From Fistulifera solaris (lineage: Eukaryota), in NCBI GenBank assembly GCA_030295235.1, contig AP026146.1:434001-498000 (forward strand): a DNA stretch of 64,000 nt. Reading direction: 5' to 3'. Positions 1 to 10,876 of this stretch are shown in pieces (within the stretch, counting starts at the first letter, position 1; the number at the start of each line of letters is the position of its first letter). A program made the position numbers and the translations under genes. The notes under the pieces were generated by a model. It was not told where the DNA came from and searched no databases. It saw only the letters and a list, made by a program, of their open reading frames with translations.

Positions 1-12
1 ACCACTCCTCAG

Positions 13-273
13 GATATATTGGTGAATTCGAAATTATCGATGATCACAGATCCAACAAGATTGTGATTGAATTGACGGGCCGTTTGAACAAGTGCGGTGT
101 CATCAGCCCTCGTTTCGATGTCGAATACGGCGAAATTGAGAAATGGATCGTCAACTTGTTGCCCAGTCGTCAATTCGGTCACATTGTCCTGTCCACGACG
201 TACGGCATTTTGACGCACGAAGAAGCTCGACGCAAAAAAGACTGGAGGCAAAATATTGGGATTCTTTTATTAA
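13..273 (+). CDS. RPS15A: 40S ribosomal protein S15a (uS8), last exon; 5' part lies outside the window
   Basis: After acceptor ctcag (8-12) reads [37 protein letters not shown]...[27 protein letters not shown]. Removing one A from the A-run at ~234-239 restores the conserved end [11 protein letters not shown] (TAA 271-273). Confidence 0.96.
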
Positions 274-834
274 AAAAGGAAAGGAAATTCTTAAAATATT
301 CGAAAGTAATAGTAAAGCTTCTAAATTTACCCCCCGATGATAAGAGTAGTATAGTAGAGTTTGTTGAGGAAGTGGAGTAGCAAAATAGACAGGTCTACGT
401 TGCGTGTTCCATGAAACCATGGTTTGGTTTTACAACACCAATAATAACGCATTCTCACCGAGAATCGCAATTGGAATTTGGTAATTGGAGTTTCGGTAAC
501 CTCCGCTTTGCGGAACACGGCGCAAAATGCGACACAGCTAACTTCTGCTCTAGGTTTCGCCTGTCTCTCATGGCGAAGAACCAAAAGCGATACCGCATTA
601 TTTCATTAGGTGAAACTAGAGGCTTTTAAAAAGTCATTAGAGACAGCGAGGGTTGGCCGGTTTCTACTTTGATTATAACTATCTGTATTATGTTTTTTTA
701 AAAACTAACATGATAGTAGGGAAAGAACGACAGTTGCGCAAAACGATATACTTTCCAACAAAAGATAAACGACACTCTCTAGCCCTTTTCTTCTCATATG
801 TACGACCTGAAAACTTTCCCTAGCCACGCTCGGA

Positions 835-1139
835 CTATGATTCTTGTTGCTCTTCCTCCAAACGCTTTTCTTCTAATATCTTGTCGATATCTTTGGTCGG
901 AGGGGGCGGGCCGCAGGGTTGCACCATTTTTTCCAGAATTCCAACCGCGTACGTCCAATACTTTCATTTTGAGCTACTGCATAATATGAAAGCTGATCGT
1001 AATGTCCCAAAAAGCTAGCGTACGTATCACGGTGTTGATTCGTTAACCATTCGTACTTGCTCAGGTCGGCGTGTCCGGTACCGACATAGCGCGCTTTGAG
1101 TTGCTCGGCCGAGAGATTGCCGCCGCCCGGAGTGCTCAT
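835..1139 (-). CDS. SF3B5: Splicing factor 3B subunit 5 (SF3b10)
   Basis: EQLKARYVGTGHADLSKYEWLTNQHRDTYASFLGH...YYAVAQNESIGRTRLEF. A 1-nt shift near 935 restores LEKMVQPCGPPPP and a stop at 835-837. Confidence 0.93.
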
Positions 1140-1602
1140 GCTGTTGTTGTGTTTCAAATTATGCTGCTATTGACAGAGATCCGTCGGTTGCAATGGCGAA
1201 AGAGAGAATAATGTAAAGTGATAGCAATAGCTCAACGACAAATAATAATGAATGCTACGTATTTGTAACGAAGGAAACAAAGTGCATGAGCTCGTGGGAC
1301 GACGACGAACAGACGCACTTGACATTTTTTTGGCACTACTTGGTACAGGCTTTTTTAAAGGTTAAAGGTTATGCAGAGAAGCATCGCTAACCTTATACGG
1401 GTAAACCTCATTATGAACGGCGCAACAAGATTATTATTTTAAAGCACCTCTCAAAAACGAAACATCGGCTGCGCAACAAAACCATTCTTATTCTTGTGAA
1501 AGTGTTATCAACAACAATCTTTTCGTTGTTTATTCTTTTTCTCAAATATTTTCCGACAGTTTTCCGTGCATCCCAGCCAACAGCAACAATAAATCGAACC
1601 AT

Positions 1603-2031
1603 ATGTCCTACTTGTTGCCGCACTTGCATTCCGGATGGGAAGTAGATCAGGCCATTGTCACGGAAGAAGACCGCGTCGTGGTAATTCGATTTGGTCGTGA
1701 CGACGATGCAACCTGCATGATTCAAGATGAAGTACTCGCCAACATTGCCGAGAAAGTTCGCAACTTTGCGGTCATTTACTTGGTCGATATTGAAGAAGTT
1801 CCCGACTTTAATAACATGTACGAGCTTTATGATGATTGCACGACCATGTTCTTCTTTCGTAACAAACACATCATGGTAGATTGTGGCACAGGAGATAACA
1901 ATAAGATTAATTGGGCCTTGACAGATAAGCAAGAGCTCATCGATATCATCGAGCTCGTGTACAGAGGCGCACGGAAGGGACGAGGTCTGGTGGTATCACC
2001 AAAAGATTATTCGACCAAGTATCGGTATTAA
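1603..2031 (+). CDS. TXNL4A: U5 snRNP thioredoxin-like protein Dim1/Dib1
   Basis: 142 aa, MSYLLPHLHSGWEVDQAI...RGARKGRGLVVSPKDYSTKYRY, near-invariant Dim1 sequence. Confidence 0.98.
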   Translation: MSYLLPHLHSGWEVDQAIVTEEDRVVVIRFGRDDDATCMIQDEVLANIAEKVRNFAVIYLVDIEEVPDFNNMYELYDDCTTMFFFRNKHIMVDCGTGDNNKINWALTDKQELIDIIELVYRGARKGRGLVVSPKDYSTKYRY

Positions 2032-2457
2032 ATCTGACATGCGGGTTGACTTGATCACAATTGAACAGATTTGAATCAAAGGAGATGTTGAAGCGAACCA
2101 AATGGTTGGATCACTGTGGGTACATGCTTCACTTTCATCACCATTCGTAACAATAACATTGATATGACCGCATTCGTAAAACGCGGTATGCTAATATATA
2201 GTGGTCTACAGGAGTGTCTAGTCTCTTGTGTAAACGTTTAATGAAAAAAGGACGACAATATCCAGAACTTCAATCAAGTCGAATCGAAGTCGATGGAATC
2301 ATGAAACAATCCGCAAGACTTTTCGACTTCATGAACCTATTCTTGCCTTGCAACTGTTTCGAAATGTAATTGCATTGTAGGAAAGACAATTCTAGCTCAT
2401 CACGCTTGCAGAACTAACAAAAGTAAGATAGCATTCTGGCTCGAACGGATGTTGACT

Positions 2458-2478
2458 CATGACTGAAATGCAGTCGTG
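2458..2478. promoter_or_regulatory. Intergenic palindrome CATGACTG-AAATG-CAGTCGTG (reference copy of a dispersed motif)
   Basis: Identical 21-mer at 52592-52612 and about ten variants, all intergenic; regulatory role is inferred. Confidence 0.6.
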
Positions 2479-2694
2479 GAAACGCTGATTGTACACATTG
2501 AGGATATAGTAAATTCTGAAGACCATTACTCCGTAACCTTATATGATGAGTGCGATGCATTTGCCGCCTTTGTAATTATATCCTCCCGACTCCTGACTCC
2601 TGAAACCTATTGTAATGTTGTATCCGTTAACTTATAAGCGAAAGGACTCAACTTTTATACCTTGGCCTTCTTATTAAACAAATAATACATCATT

Positions 2695-3825
2695 ATGGAG
2701 GAAGAGTGCCCCCTGTGCTTGAATCCTTTCGAAGTGAGTGATATAGCTTATCCTCTGTATTGTTCGACACCGACCTGTCACTTCAATTTTTGCATAAAAT
2801 GTATTTATAATCTTCAACAATCGGCAGCCGATGGATACCAGATGGCTTCCGACGGATCGAATCAGCTCAAAGTTCACTTCAAGTGTCCTCAATGCCGAGA
2901 AAAATACCAGTGCAGCACTTATCCATCGGAGTTGATTGTGCACTCGGTGCTCTTATTGCGAGAAGCCAGCACTTTGGAACCTTCTTTAATGGTGGCCGAT
3001 TCCGGATTAAATGCAACAATACTCAATCGCCGAAACTTGTTTCTGAAATCAGTATCCATGGAACATTTACAAGATGCGACAAGGCGTTTGGACGTATACA
3101 TGAGGGAAATCGGGAAGGAAACGACGTTTCCTCCGCTAGATTGGGACCTCTGGCGTCCGCTTATTGCGGAAACGTCGGAAGGACTTTCATTGCCAGCAGC
3201 ATTATCGTCCTCTCCCGTGCAGCACGAATATATAAAACAATGGAACGATCCGACGCTGTTTTACGGTCTTGACGAACTCATGACTTGTGATGAACAAGAA
3301 TTTGTGACGCATCTGATGGTGCAAGGTAAACCGGAGCTGCTGGCCCAAGGAGCGCATATATTGCATGGTATATTGGATATGACGACCATTTCCACGACAC
3401 AACCATCGTTCAACACATGTGCAGGGAGTGTACCCCGAGCACAGCCTATTGATCCGACCGTTCTGCAACGGGTTCGAAAATTATATCCTCTGCCACCGCG
3501 CATGCCTCGCTGTGTACGAATGCCCAGATACGATCTGAGCGGCCGAACTAAACCCTTGAAATTTGAAAAAGACGACAAGCTTTCGTTGTTACAGGTTCGA
3601 GGTCCAGCAGGACAATTGGGGTTGCGCAAGGGCGACATAGTGACACACATCAACGGAGAGAATGTGACCAATCTTGACGAATTTGAAGCCGCCTTAAAGC
3701 AGAACAGCGACACCGACGACAGCTTTTGGTTGGTTGTGAACTGTGATGAAGAAATTGCCAAAGCGTTACAAGGAAGGTATCAGAAAATGACACGGGAAAA
3801 AGTTCATTTTCGGAAGCACGGATAG
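2695..3825 (+). CDS. Protein with N-terminal RING-like zinc finger and C-terminal PDZ-like domain
   Basis: CPLC...C...CHFNFCIKC...CPQC at the N-terminus; GPAGQLGLRKGDIVTHINGENV is the typical PDZ C-terminal signature. Confidence 0.8.
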   Translation: MEEECPLCLNPFEVSDIAYPLYCSTPTCHFNFCIKCIYNLQQSAADGYQMASDGSNQLKVHFKCPQCREKYQCSTYPSELIVHSVLLLREASTLEPSLMVADSGLNATILNRRNLFLKSVSMEHLQDATRRLDVYMREIGKETTFPPLDWDLWRPLIAETSEGLSLPAALSSSPVQHEYIKQWNDPTLFYGLDELMTCDEQEFVTHLMVQGKPELLAQGAHILHGILDMTTISTTQPSFNTCAGSVPRAQPIDPTVLQRVRKLYPLPPRMPRCVRMPRYDLSGRTKPLKFEKDDKLSLLQVRGPAGQLGLRKGDIVTHINGENVTNLDEFEAALKQNSDTDDSFWLVVNCDEEIAKALQGRYQKMTREKVHFRKHG

Positions 3826-3952
3826 CATATCCCATGATGCCTGTGCCCGTGGTCTAGATAGGCACCAACCACTAAGGATCTTTTACCAAGCCAAATAATT
3901 TTGCTTTTTCTCAAAACGTCATGATTAAGTTAACTCTGTAGATGTACAATCA

Positions 3953-6900
3953 TCACTTCTTAACTTGAACTGAAATTTTCTCGATTATATGCCGAAGCTG
4001 CTCGACTTTAGCATAAGCACCCCAATCACTGAAGAGATTCGAAGCGCGCTTATACATTGCAACCGCCCTGTCGTTGTCATGACACGCGACAAAGTAATCG
4101 GCAAGTCGCTCTAAGATAACGCCATCCTGGTGAAGATTTCTCTGCGCTTCAGCTGCACTAGAAGCTGCATGGTACAGCCCGACTATGTCTTCATCGACAT
4201 TTACCTGTTTGCTGTTTACCTCTCGACCCAAAACCGCCAATTCTGCTTCTAGGAAAAGTTTCTTGCAAAGCACACCGGGGCTAGTAGCCATCCAAGGTGT
4301 TATTTGCTTCAAAACTGCTTGTGCAACTTTCGTGTGTTTTCGAGCTTCGGTACCTGCTTTCGCTAGTTCAACGGCCACAAGTGCTCTCTGGAACGTAAGT
4401 TCCTTAAAGACGAAGGAACTTTTTGGAGAGTTAGGCCGAAGATTCATATCAGTTAGCATGGTGTTCGCGTGTTCCATATCTCTGAAAATGTAGGCGAGAC
4501 AAGCCGCAAGGTAGCGAAGACCTATAGCCCAAAGCAGATTAGACGTGGCAAGGCAATCAGATAGTGCCTGATCAAAAATCAACGCTTCGCCCCGCAATCT
4601 TGCTGGATTCTTGGCTTGCCCTCTGATGCACTGAATGAATTGTTGAATCATCAAACAAAGCCGTGCCGTCGATTCTTTTTGATGCTGACGGACGAGATGC
4701 AGGCAGCGATCAATCTCTATTGCCAGATCATCCAATGATTCTCCTAGAATTATCGCAAAGCAAACCCTCCAAGCAGTTGCCTGCGATGACGTTTCTATGA
4801 AGCCGACCTCCAATGCTGACTGGATCGAATACCGTAGCATGTCAACTATACTTTCAATGTCTCCAACTCCCTTGCCCCAATGCACGACGTGCACGCCAAG
4901 AATCAGCTGAACGTAGGAAAGCTGATGCTTCGACTGCATTTGCTCAGCAAGTGTTAAAGCCAAATCCCCAAAACGGATGCCGGTTTCGGCATCTCCAAGC
5001 CCACACATTACTTGAGCATAATGAGCGAAAGCAATGCATGCTGAGTCGTCGAGTCCACTTCGCATGACCAAACGTATAGCACGACAAGCAACCACCACCA
5101 TTGCACCATTCGAGGCACGATAACAGACCGAAAATATCAGACAAAGAAGCTGCAGTAGATCACTGGAAACCGCATCGCGCACAGGAGGTAAATTGATAAT
5201 GTCTGTGTTGCTCTTGCCTCTTACAGCAAATTTTGACATCATCACTTCTCTCGTCATCGCAAAGGATGATGTATTCTCAGCATTTATTTTTTCTCCAAGT
5301 TGAGCCATAATGTCGCAACCCACTTTGACAGCTTCCTGCAAATTATCTTGTTCCGCCATCGACTGTATGAAAGCTGTGTACGCCGGAAGCTTGTCGTCGA
5401 TACTTCTACCAAAGCGAATCACTTCCTCAATATACGCGATGACTGCTCCGTAGTTTCCATTAACGGTTTCGACTTCAGATGCCCCACTGTACAATGCCAA
5501 CATGGTTTCGTAATGTTCCTTCCACATCCGCTCACCTGACCCCATTAATTGTATCCCTTTGCAGAAAAACGCGGAAGCGCTTCCATAGCTTGTTGCTGCC
5601 TTAGCTTTCTCACCAGCCATCAGATTGAGCTCAGCAAATCGTATGCGTTCTCTCTCGTCCCTCAATAAACTAGAGCCTCTGTTCAGAAGCGCCACCACTA
5701 TGGAAACGTTTTTTAGGAGAACCACGGAGCTACTCGACTTCCACAATTTCCGACCAATTTTTAAGAAATATTCTTCCCGCTCATCTTTTGGGATGAGATC
5801 AAAAACACTTTGTCGTATCCACATATTCGCAAAGCGATATCCTCCATATTGTGGATAGAATAGAAGAAGCCCCCGATCAGCCGCGAATTTCAAGTGGCAT
5901 CCAGTCGGCGTCTGCAATATTATGTCGATAGCCGAATCGTCAATTTCATCGCCCATGCAACTAGCAACCTTCAGTACTTCCTGCACGACGCGAGGAAGGT
6001 CATCAACTATTTTACGAAGGTAAGAAAAGAAATCTGCTGGGGTCACATTACTCGCAAGCGTCTCTTTGTCCCACTCCCACCTATCGTATTCGATATTTTT
6101 GTAGATAGTCCCTCGTTCGATGAGTAGCCGCACTAATTGCATTACATAAAAAGCAGTGCCCTCAGTTCGAGCTATTACAATCTCACTCAAAGTTCTTACG
6201 AATCTCTCGTCACGTGACATTAGATCTGCCAAAAACTCGGAAACCGAGTCCAAACCCATAGCTGATACGGTTAACTTCTCTACGTCCACGCTTGCTTCGT
6301 TCTCTAGCCGAGATATAATGATTTCGAAAGGTACAATTTTCGTGCACGGTTTTGACATGGCAACTCCATATTCGTTATCATCTTCAGTGGAGACAACTCC
6401 AGCCCCCTGATAGAGTCTTTGTTCCCTCGATGTCATGCACGCGGTGATGATTAATATTGAAATCCCTTCTGTGATTAACAGTGAACGAATAAGATCGCAA
6501 GAGGCTGCACTGGCCCATTGGACATCATCCAAGAATAGCACTAAAGGGGCATTGGCAGAGAGCACTCTTAAACTGCGACAAAAAAGATGACGGATGCGGT
6601 TCTGAGCATCGAGGCCGTACAATTTGGAAGCGCCTTTGCTCGGTTCGCCGACTAATTGCTTGAGCGCAGGTACCCAATCAGTAAGTAAACGTGCTTCGCT
6701 ACCGACTGTAGCTAGAAGTTCCTCTTTCGTCGCCGCCATGACATGCTTATCCGAGACGGCCAGGAATTGTTCAACGTATTGCCTCAAGGCGACGATGAAA
6801 ACAGAGTAATATTGATCCACAAATCCTTCTTCAAACTTTGCGGATACGAAGAATCCTCTATGCCTGGAAATAATAGAAAGTAACCCATGCTCAACTAATG

Positions 6901-7108
6901 CGGTCTTGCCGCTCCCAGAGCGACCAGAAATCACAATCAGTTTCTTTGTTCGCTCCTTCTGGAAGCGCTTGTAAGCGCTCGCGAGTAACGACTCTTCGCT
7001 TTCTCTACCGTAGAGTTTTCCAACAGATGCTATGCCTAATTTGTTTCGAAAAGATTCCATAGAGATCTTTCTTTTTGTGTCATTCTCGGCTATTGGGTAA
7101 CATGGCAT
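3953..7108 (-). CDS. Large P-loop NTPase (AAA_16/COG3899-like, STAND-related) with helical TPR-like C-terminus
   Basis: KLYGRESE, Walker A GRSGSGKT, Walker B LVLFLDDVQWAS, RTEGTAFYV, LKVASCMG, LNLMAGEKAKAATSY, C-terminal FSDWGAYAKVEQL. Intronless ORF of ~1050 aa; start could be 7108 or 7060. Confidence 0.85.
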   Translation of the reverse strand: MPCYPIAENDTKRKISMESFRNKLGIASVGKLYGRESEESLLASAYKRFQKERTKKLIVISGRSGSGKTALVEHGLLSIISRHRGFFVSAKFEEGFVDQYYSVFIVALRQYVEQFLAVSDKHVMAATKEELLATVGSEARLLTDWVPALKQLVGEPSKGASKLYGLDAQNRIRHLFCRSLRVLSANAPLVLFLDDVQWASAASCDLIRSLLITEGISILIITACMTSREQRLYQGAGVVSTEDDNEYGVAMSKPCTKIVPFEIIISRLENEASVDVEKLTVSAMGLDSVSEFLADLMSRDERFVRTLSEIVIARTEGTAFYVMQLVRLLIERGTIYKNIEYDRWEWDKETLASNVTPADFFSYLRKIVDDLPRVVQEVLKVASCMGDEIDDSAIDIILQTPTGCHLKFAADRGLLLFYPQYGGYRFANMWIRQSVFDLIPKDEREEYFLKIGRKLWKSSSSVVLLKNVSIVVALLNRGSSLLRDERERIRFAELNLMAGEKAKAATSYGSASAFFCKGIQLMGSGERMWKEHYETMLALYSGASEVETVNGNYGAVIAYIEEVIRFGRSIDDKLPAYTAFIQSMAEQDNLQEAVKVGCDIMAQLGEKINAENTSSFAMTREVMMSKFAVRGKSNTDIINLPPVRDAVSSDLLQLLCLIFSVCYRASNGAMVVVACRAIRLVMRSGLDDSACIAFAHYAQVMCGLGDAETGIRFGDLALTLAEQMQSKHQLSYVQLILGVHVVHWGKGVGDIESIVDMLRYSIQSALEVGFIETSSQATAWRVCFAIILGESLDDLAIEIDRCLHLVRQHQKESTARLCLMIQQFIQCIRGQAKNPARLRGEALIFDQALSDCLATSNLLWAIGLRYLAACLAYIFRDMEHANTMLTDMNLRPNSPKSSFVFKELTFQRALVAVELAKAGTEARKHTKVAQAVLKQITPWMATSPGVLCKKLFLEAELAVLGREVNSKQVNVDEDIVGLYHAASSAAEAQRNLHQDGVILERLADYFVACHDNDRAVAMYKRASNLFSDWGAYAKVEQLRHIIEKISVQVKK

Positions 7109-8001
7109 TTTCCTTGATCGCAGCGAAAAGAAGGGAATCCGGATTGTTGAATGAATATGGAGTTTTAAATTGAATGGCAAGAAACTGGGAAACTCTGATC
7201 GCTTTTATCCATCCATGTCAAGAGTAAACAGCTGGAAGAAGCTCAATAGCTAAATGATAAGTCGCCAGGCCTTAAAAAGGATATCTTTCAAGGACCATGA
7301 TATTTTAAGCATTATTACGGAGTATGGAAAAGAAAAGTGCACAGCAACGGACAAAAAAATAATACGGAGTAAAACTGTTACCGCGTGCTCGTGACTGCAG
7401 AAATCCAGTCATGGAAAAAGTATACAACATTCTCGACCACAGGGACTCGACTCTTGTCAATCTTTGATCGTTTTTTCAAAAGAGAATTAATATCTCCCAC
7501 GTTTCCGTTAGAAATAATACGGACATAGCCAAATTATTTCTAAAATCCCGAGTTGGACACGAAACTTTCCTTTGAAGATAGCATGTATAACTCTAACTGA
7601 AGCATTCTGTCGATACCGCGACAGTGGTAGGAACAAAACGGACGACAATTTAGGTGAACATTACAATCATGTTAGACTATTCTTTGTTTTGAGACAATGA
7701 ATGATTTGCCGAAAAATTAGTCGTAGAGTAACGTAACGTGGATTAACATGTGAAGTACAGTACATAATTCGATGATATTTGTCTCATGACTGAATTGCAT
7801 TCGTGGCGCTGCCCTGCCTACACATTGAGATCATGACTGGTGATCGGCAGAGCATTTCGGAGATGATTTTTTGACAAAACACGCCTACTTCAGGTGTACA
7901 ATGATGCAATCTAGGAAGAATCAAATGAAATGGTGTGTCGAAAGGAGTCGCTAGGAACACAACATAGATGAAGTACAAAATTTGGTGATTTCATCAGACA
8001 A

Positions 8002-9090
8002 CTACTTTGCGTGCCGCAGAGCAACAATGGCAGCATTCACAATATCAGCAGTAGATTGCGTGTTAGGAGGTTGCCGAGTCTGACCACTTTGCATAGCTTG
8101 AGAAAATGGTCGACTGTTCACGAATGGAACCTGGTAAAAGCGGGGCATTAGATGCATAGCAGGATTGATAGGAACCATCTGGCCTATTGATGGCGCCATA
8201 GGTCCCATACCTGGGTTCATCACAGGATTCTTCTTTTGTGATTGACCTTTCTTACTTTGAACCGGTGGAACCATAATCATTACTGGAGGTCCGCTCATCA
8301 TACCCATTGCCGTAGCCTGACTGTTCATCGCTAACCCAGGTCGCAGTGCCGTGTTGAGAGGCATAGATCCGTTCGGAATCATCCCACCGAATAAGTTTGC
8401 TGGCATCATGCCCATATTCATATTTTTCTGCTGATGCAGGAAATGGCCCAACATCATCCGTTTCTGTGCTCCCACATCGTCATTCAGTGTTCGTTTCACC
8501 CCCGCCACATCCGGCTCTTGTTTTCCGGCACTCGTCACCGAACGCATCTTGGCAATGAGTTCTTCTTTGTCCCGCTGAAAGAACTCATTACCGAAAATAA
8601 TGGGATCATCCGGTCCGATCCCTCGATTGATTTGACGAAAGCCCCAACGATACAGCTTGCGCGTGAAACTCGACCATTTCGTCGGCTTGCTGGTTTTGAA
8701 AAGAGAGGTACAATTTTTCGCGTGAAATCATCGGGATGATTAATAACAAAGGATTTTCCGTCCTCGCACCAAGCGACACAAAAGTTATCTCCGGCATTCA
8801 AGTTTTCCACGTATCGCATCAGACTCATTAACTGTATTTCGAAAAGAGAAAGGAACACGACATCAGCCTCTTAGATCCTGCCATGGTAGGCAAAATTTGA
8901 CAGGAAATTGTTTCGATCTTACCTTTTCGGGAAACGTGGGAGCCGCATCGGGCTTTTTGTGATCCGGAAGGTAGCGTTTGGTGGATTCTTCCGGCTCGTC
9001 GTCTTTTTCCTCGACAGTTCCTTCTTCTTCAGCTTCTTCAGCTTCCTTCGTCGACAACACGCCGTCACTCTTGTCTTGTGTTTCCGTCAT
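8002..9090 (-). CDS. Heat-shock factor (HSF-type DNA-binding domain) protein
   Basis: PTFPEK|LMSLM...VAWCEDGKSFVINHPDDFTRKIVP...KWSSFTRKLYRWGFRQ...NEFFQRDKEELIAKM. Intron 8832-8922; 1-nt frameshift near 8700; Met/Pro/Gln-rich tail. Confidence 0.9.
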
Positions 9091-9837
9091 TCGCGTCGTT
9101 TTGCTCGGAGTAATGATAATCCAGTTACTTTTTCGTTTCTCAAAAGACGACAAGAGGATCTTGGTGAGTGGTGATTTGCACAAACTCCAAGATCGTTGTT
9201 GCTGTTTGCGGAGACGAAAGGTTGCCGTTGCCGGACGTGGGTGGGGGCAAAGCAAGTCTTATCTGTCTTGACGAAAATTCGAAGTACTCTTTCTCTTATG
9301 GTAAAGGGGAACCGCGTGCCAGACCGCGAGCTGTAATAATCGTTCGCTGCCGGTACCTGGTACATTCTTGTATCCAACCATCGGCAACTTTTCACTTTTC
9401 AAGAACCACGAAATTATCTTTTCACATTGACTGTACAAGTATGTATCGAAGTGCGAACGGGGACACCAGACACCAGGGAAGAACAACGAACAACGACGAC
9501 TGGACGAATAACGCGCGGAAAGATTGAGTGTACCTGGTACCACGACAAGGAGTAACGAGTAACCGGTAACAGGACACCGCAGACAACATGGATGACGTCT
9601 TCAAACCTTCAACCTCAAGTCGTGATACGGATTGATGACTGAATTTAGTCACGAATACTTGGACCGCGCGAACGCACGCGCGGACGGCATTCGAACTTTT
9701 CCATTTTTGCCCAAAAGTGGTTTGCTTTTGGCAAGTGTCATCGCAAATGTTATTATCTATTACAATCGTTTGCTCCCAGAGAGAACAGGAGAAGAGCTGT
9801 CGTCCGCGGTAAGCAACGAAAAACATCTGCAAACAAA

Positions 9838-10727
9838 ATGGCAACAACCAACGTCCAGCAGCCTGTGAAGCAGCGTCGTTCGTCCGGCGGCAAAGTTGGA
9901 GGACCGTCGCGGAGTTATCCGAGAGGAGTCGGTGTAGACTTTCGCAAAGTATCGGGCTTGACGTTATTGAATTACATCGATCATCAAGGTACGTTCGTAG
10001 ACAGTTTCTCGTGTTGTATCGATGCTATACATTACTAACACTGTTCGTTTTAGGCGTAAAAATTCGCACCGACGCTCCGCAGGGAGAATTAGCCGTGGCG
10101 GTCGCACGTCATTTTGAGCAGATGGAAATCGACGAAGAAGAATGCATCGGCGGGTTTTTGGAGCGTCTCGAACAGCCTACGGGGATTACGGATTACATCC
10201 GCAAAACGGCGTTCTTCGATGGACACGCCCCGACGTTGGAAGTCCGCAAACGCAAGCGCCTTGCCGCCCGGCCGGGGGAGCAGGTTGCCGCCAAAGTCAC
10301 GCGGACGGACGAAAACGGTTCCTGGATTCTCGCCAGTGTGCAACGATTCTATCCCGACTCGGAAACCTACGATGTGCAAGACGAAGATGATACCAGCAAA
10401 CTCATTCGATTGCCGTGGACGCACGTCATGCGCTTGTCGAATGGAACGGAAGGAAACTTTACCAAAGACAAGGACTGCATGGCCATTTTCCCCGAAACCA
10501 CTTCGTTCTACCGTTCTAAAGTCAGTAAGAACCCGGTTTGGGTCTTGGACCGCAACGGAATACCCATGGTGAAAGAAATCATTGTCAAGTTTGAAGATGA
10601 CGAAGATTCACAAGGTCGGACTCCCAACCGCCGTGTACCCGCGCGATATGTCATCCCCATTCCGGCGGATTACTTTTATGAAGAAGCGGATGATGTTGAT
10701 CTTAGTTTGACGGGAATCAAGGCGTAG
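9838..10727 (+). CDS. SGF29: SGF29-type tandem Tudor protein with N-terminal SAP30 Sin3-binding-like domain
   Basis: Intron ~9989-10053. PGEQVAAKV...WILASVQRF...YDVQDEDD...CMAIFPETTSFYRSKV...KFEDDED...RRVPARYVI matches the SGF29 Tudor pair. N-terminal VDFRKVSGLTLLNYIDHQGV...ELAVAVARHF...EEECIGGFL resembles the SAP30 C-domain. Confidence 0.85.
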
Positions 10728-10876
10728 AGATTTCAAGTAGTCTAGTTGTAAAGAGTGATTCAATGGTAACAGCGCAAATGACGCTAAAGGCACCTATGGC
10801 TAGTAGAGTTCATTAGGTTAATTTGGAGAATGAAAATGTCCTTTCTTTGCTACACCATTAGCTTTACCAGATATTA

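Noticed and set aside
1411..1932. Long antisense ORFs (also 32458-33162, 34123-34614, 52828-53268, 3261-3761)
   Set aside because: Shadow frames opposite well-conserved genes, with no recognisable motifs.
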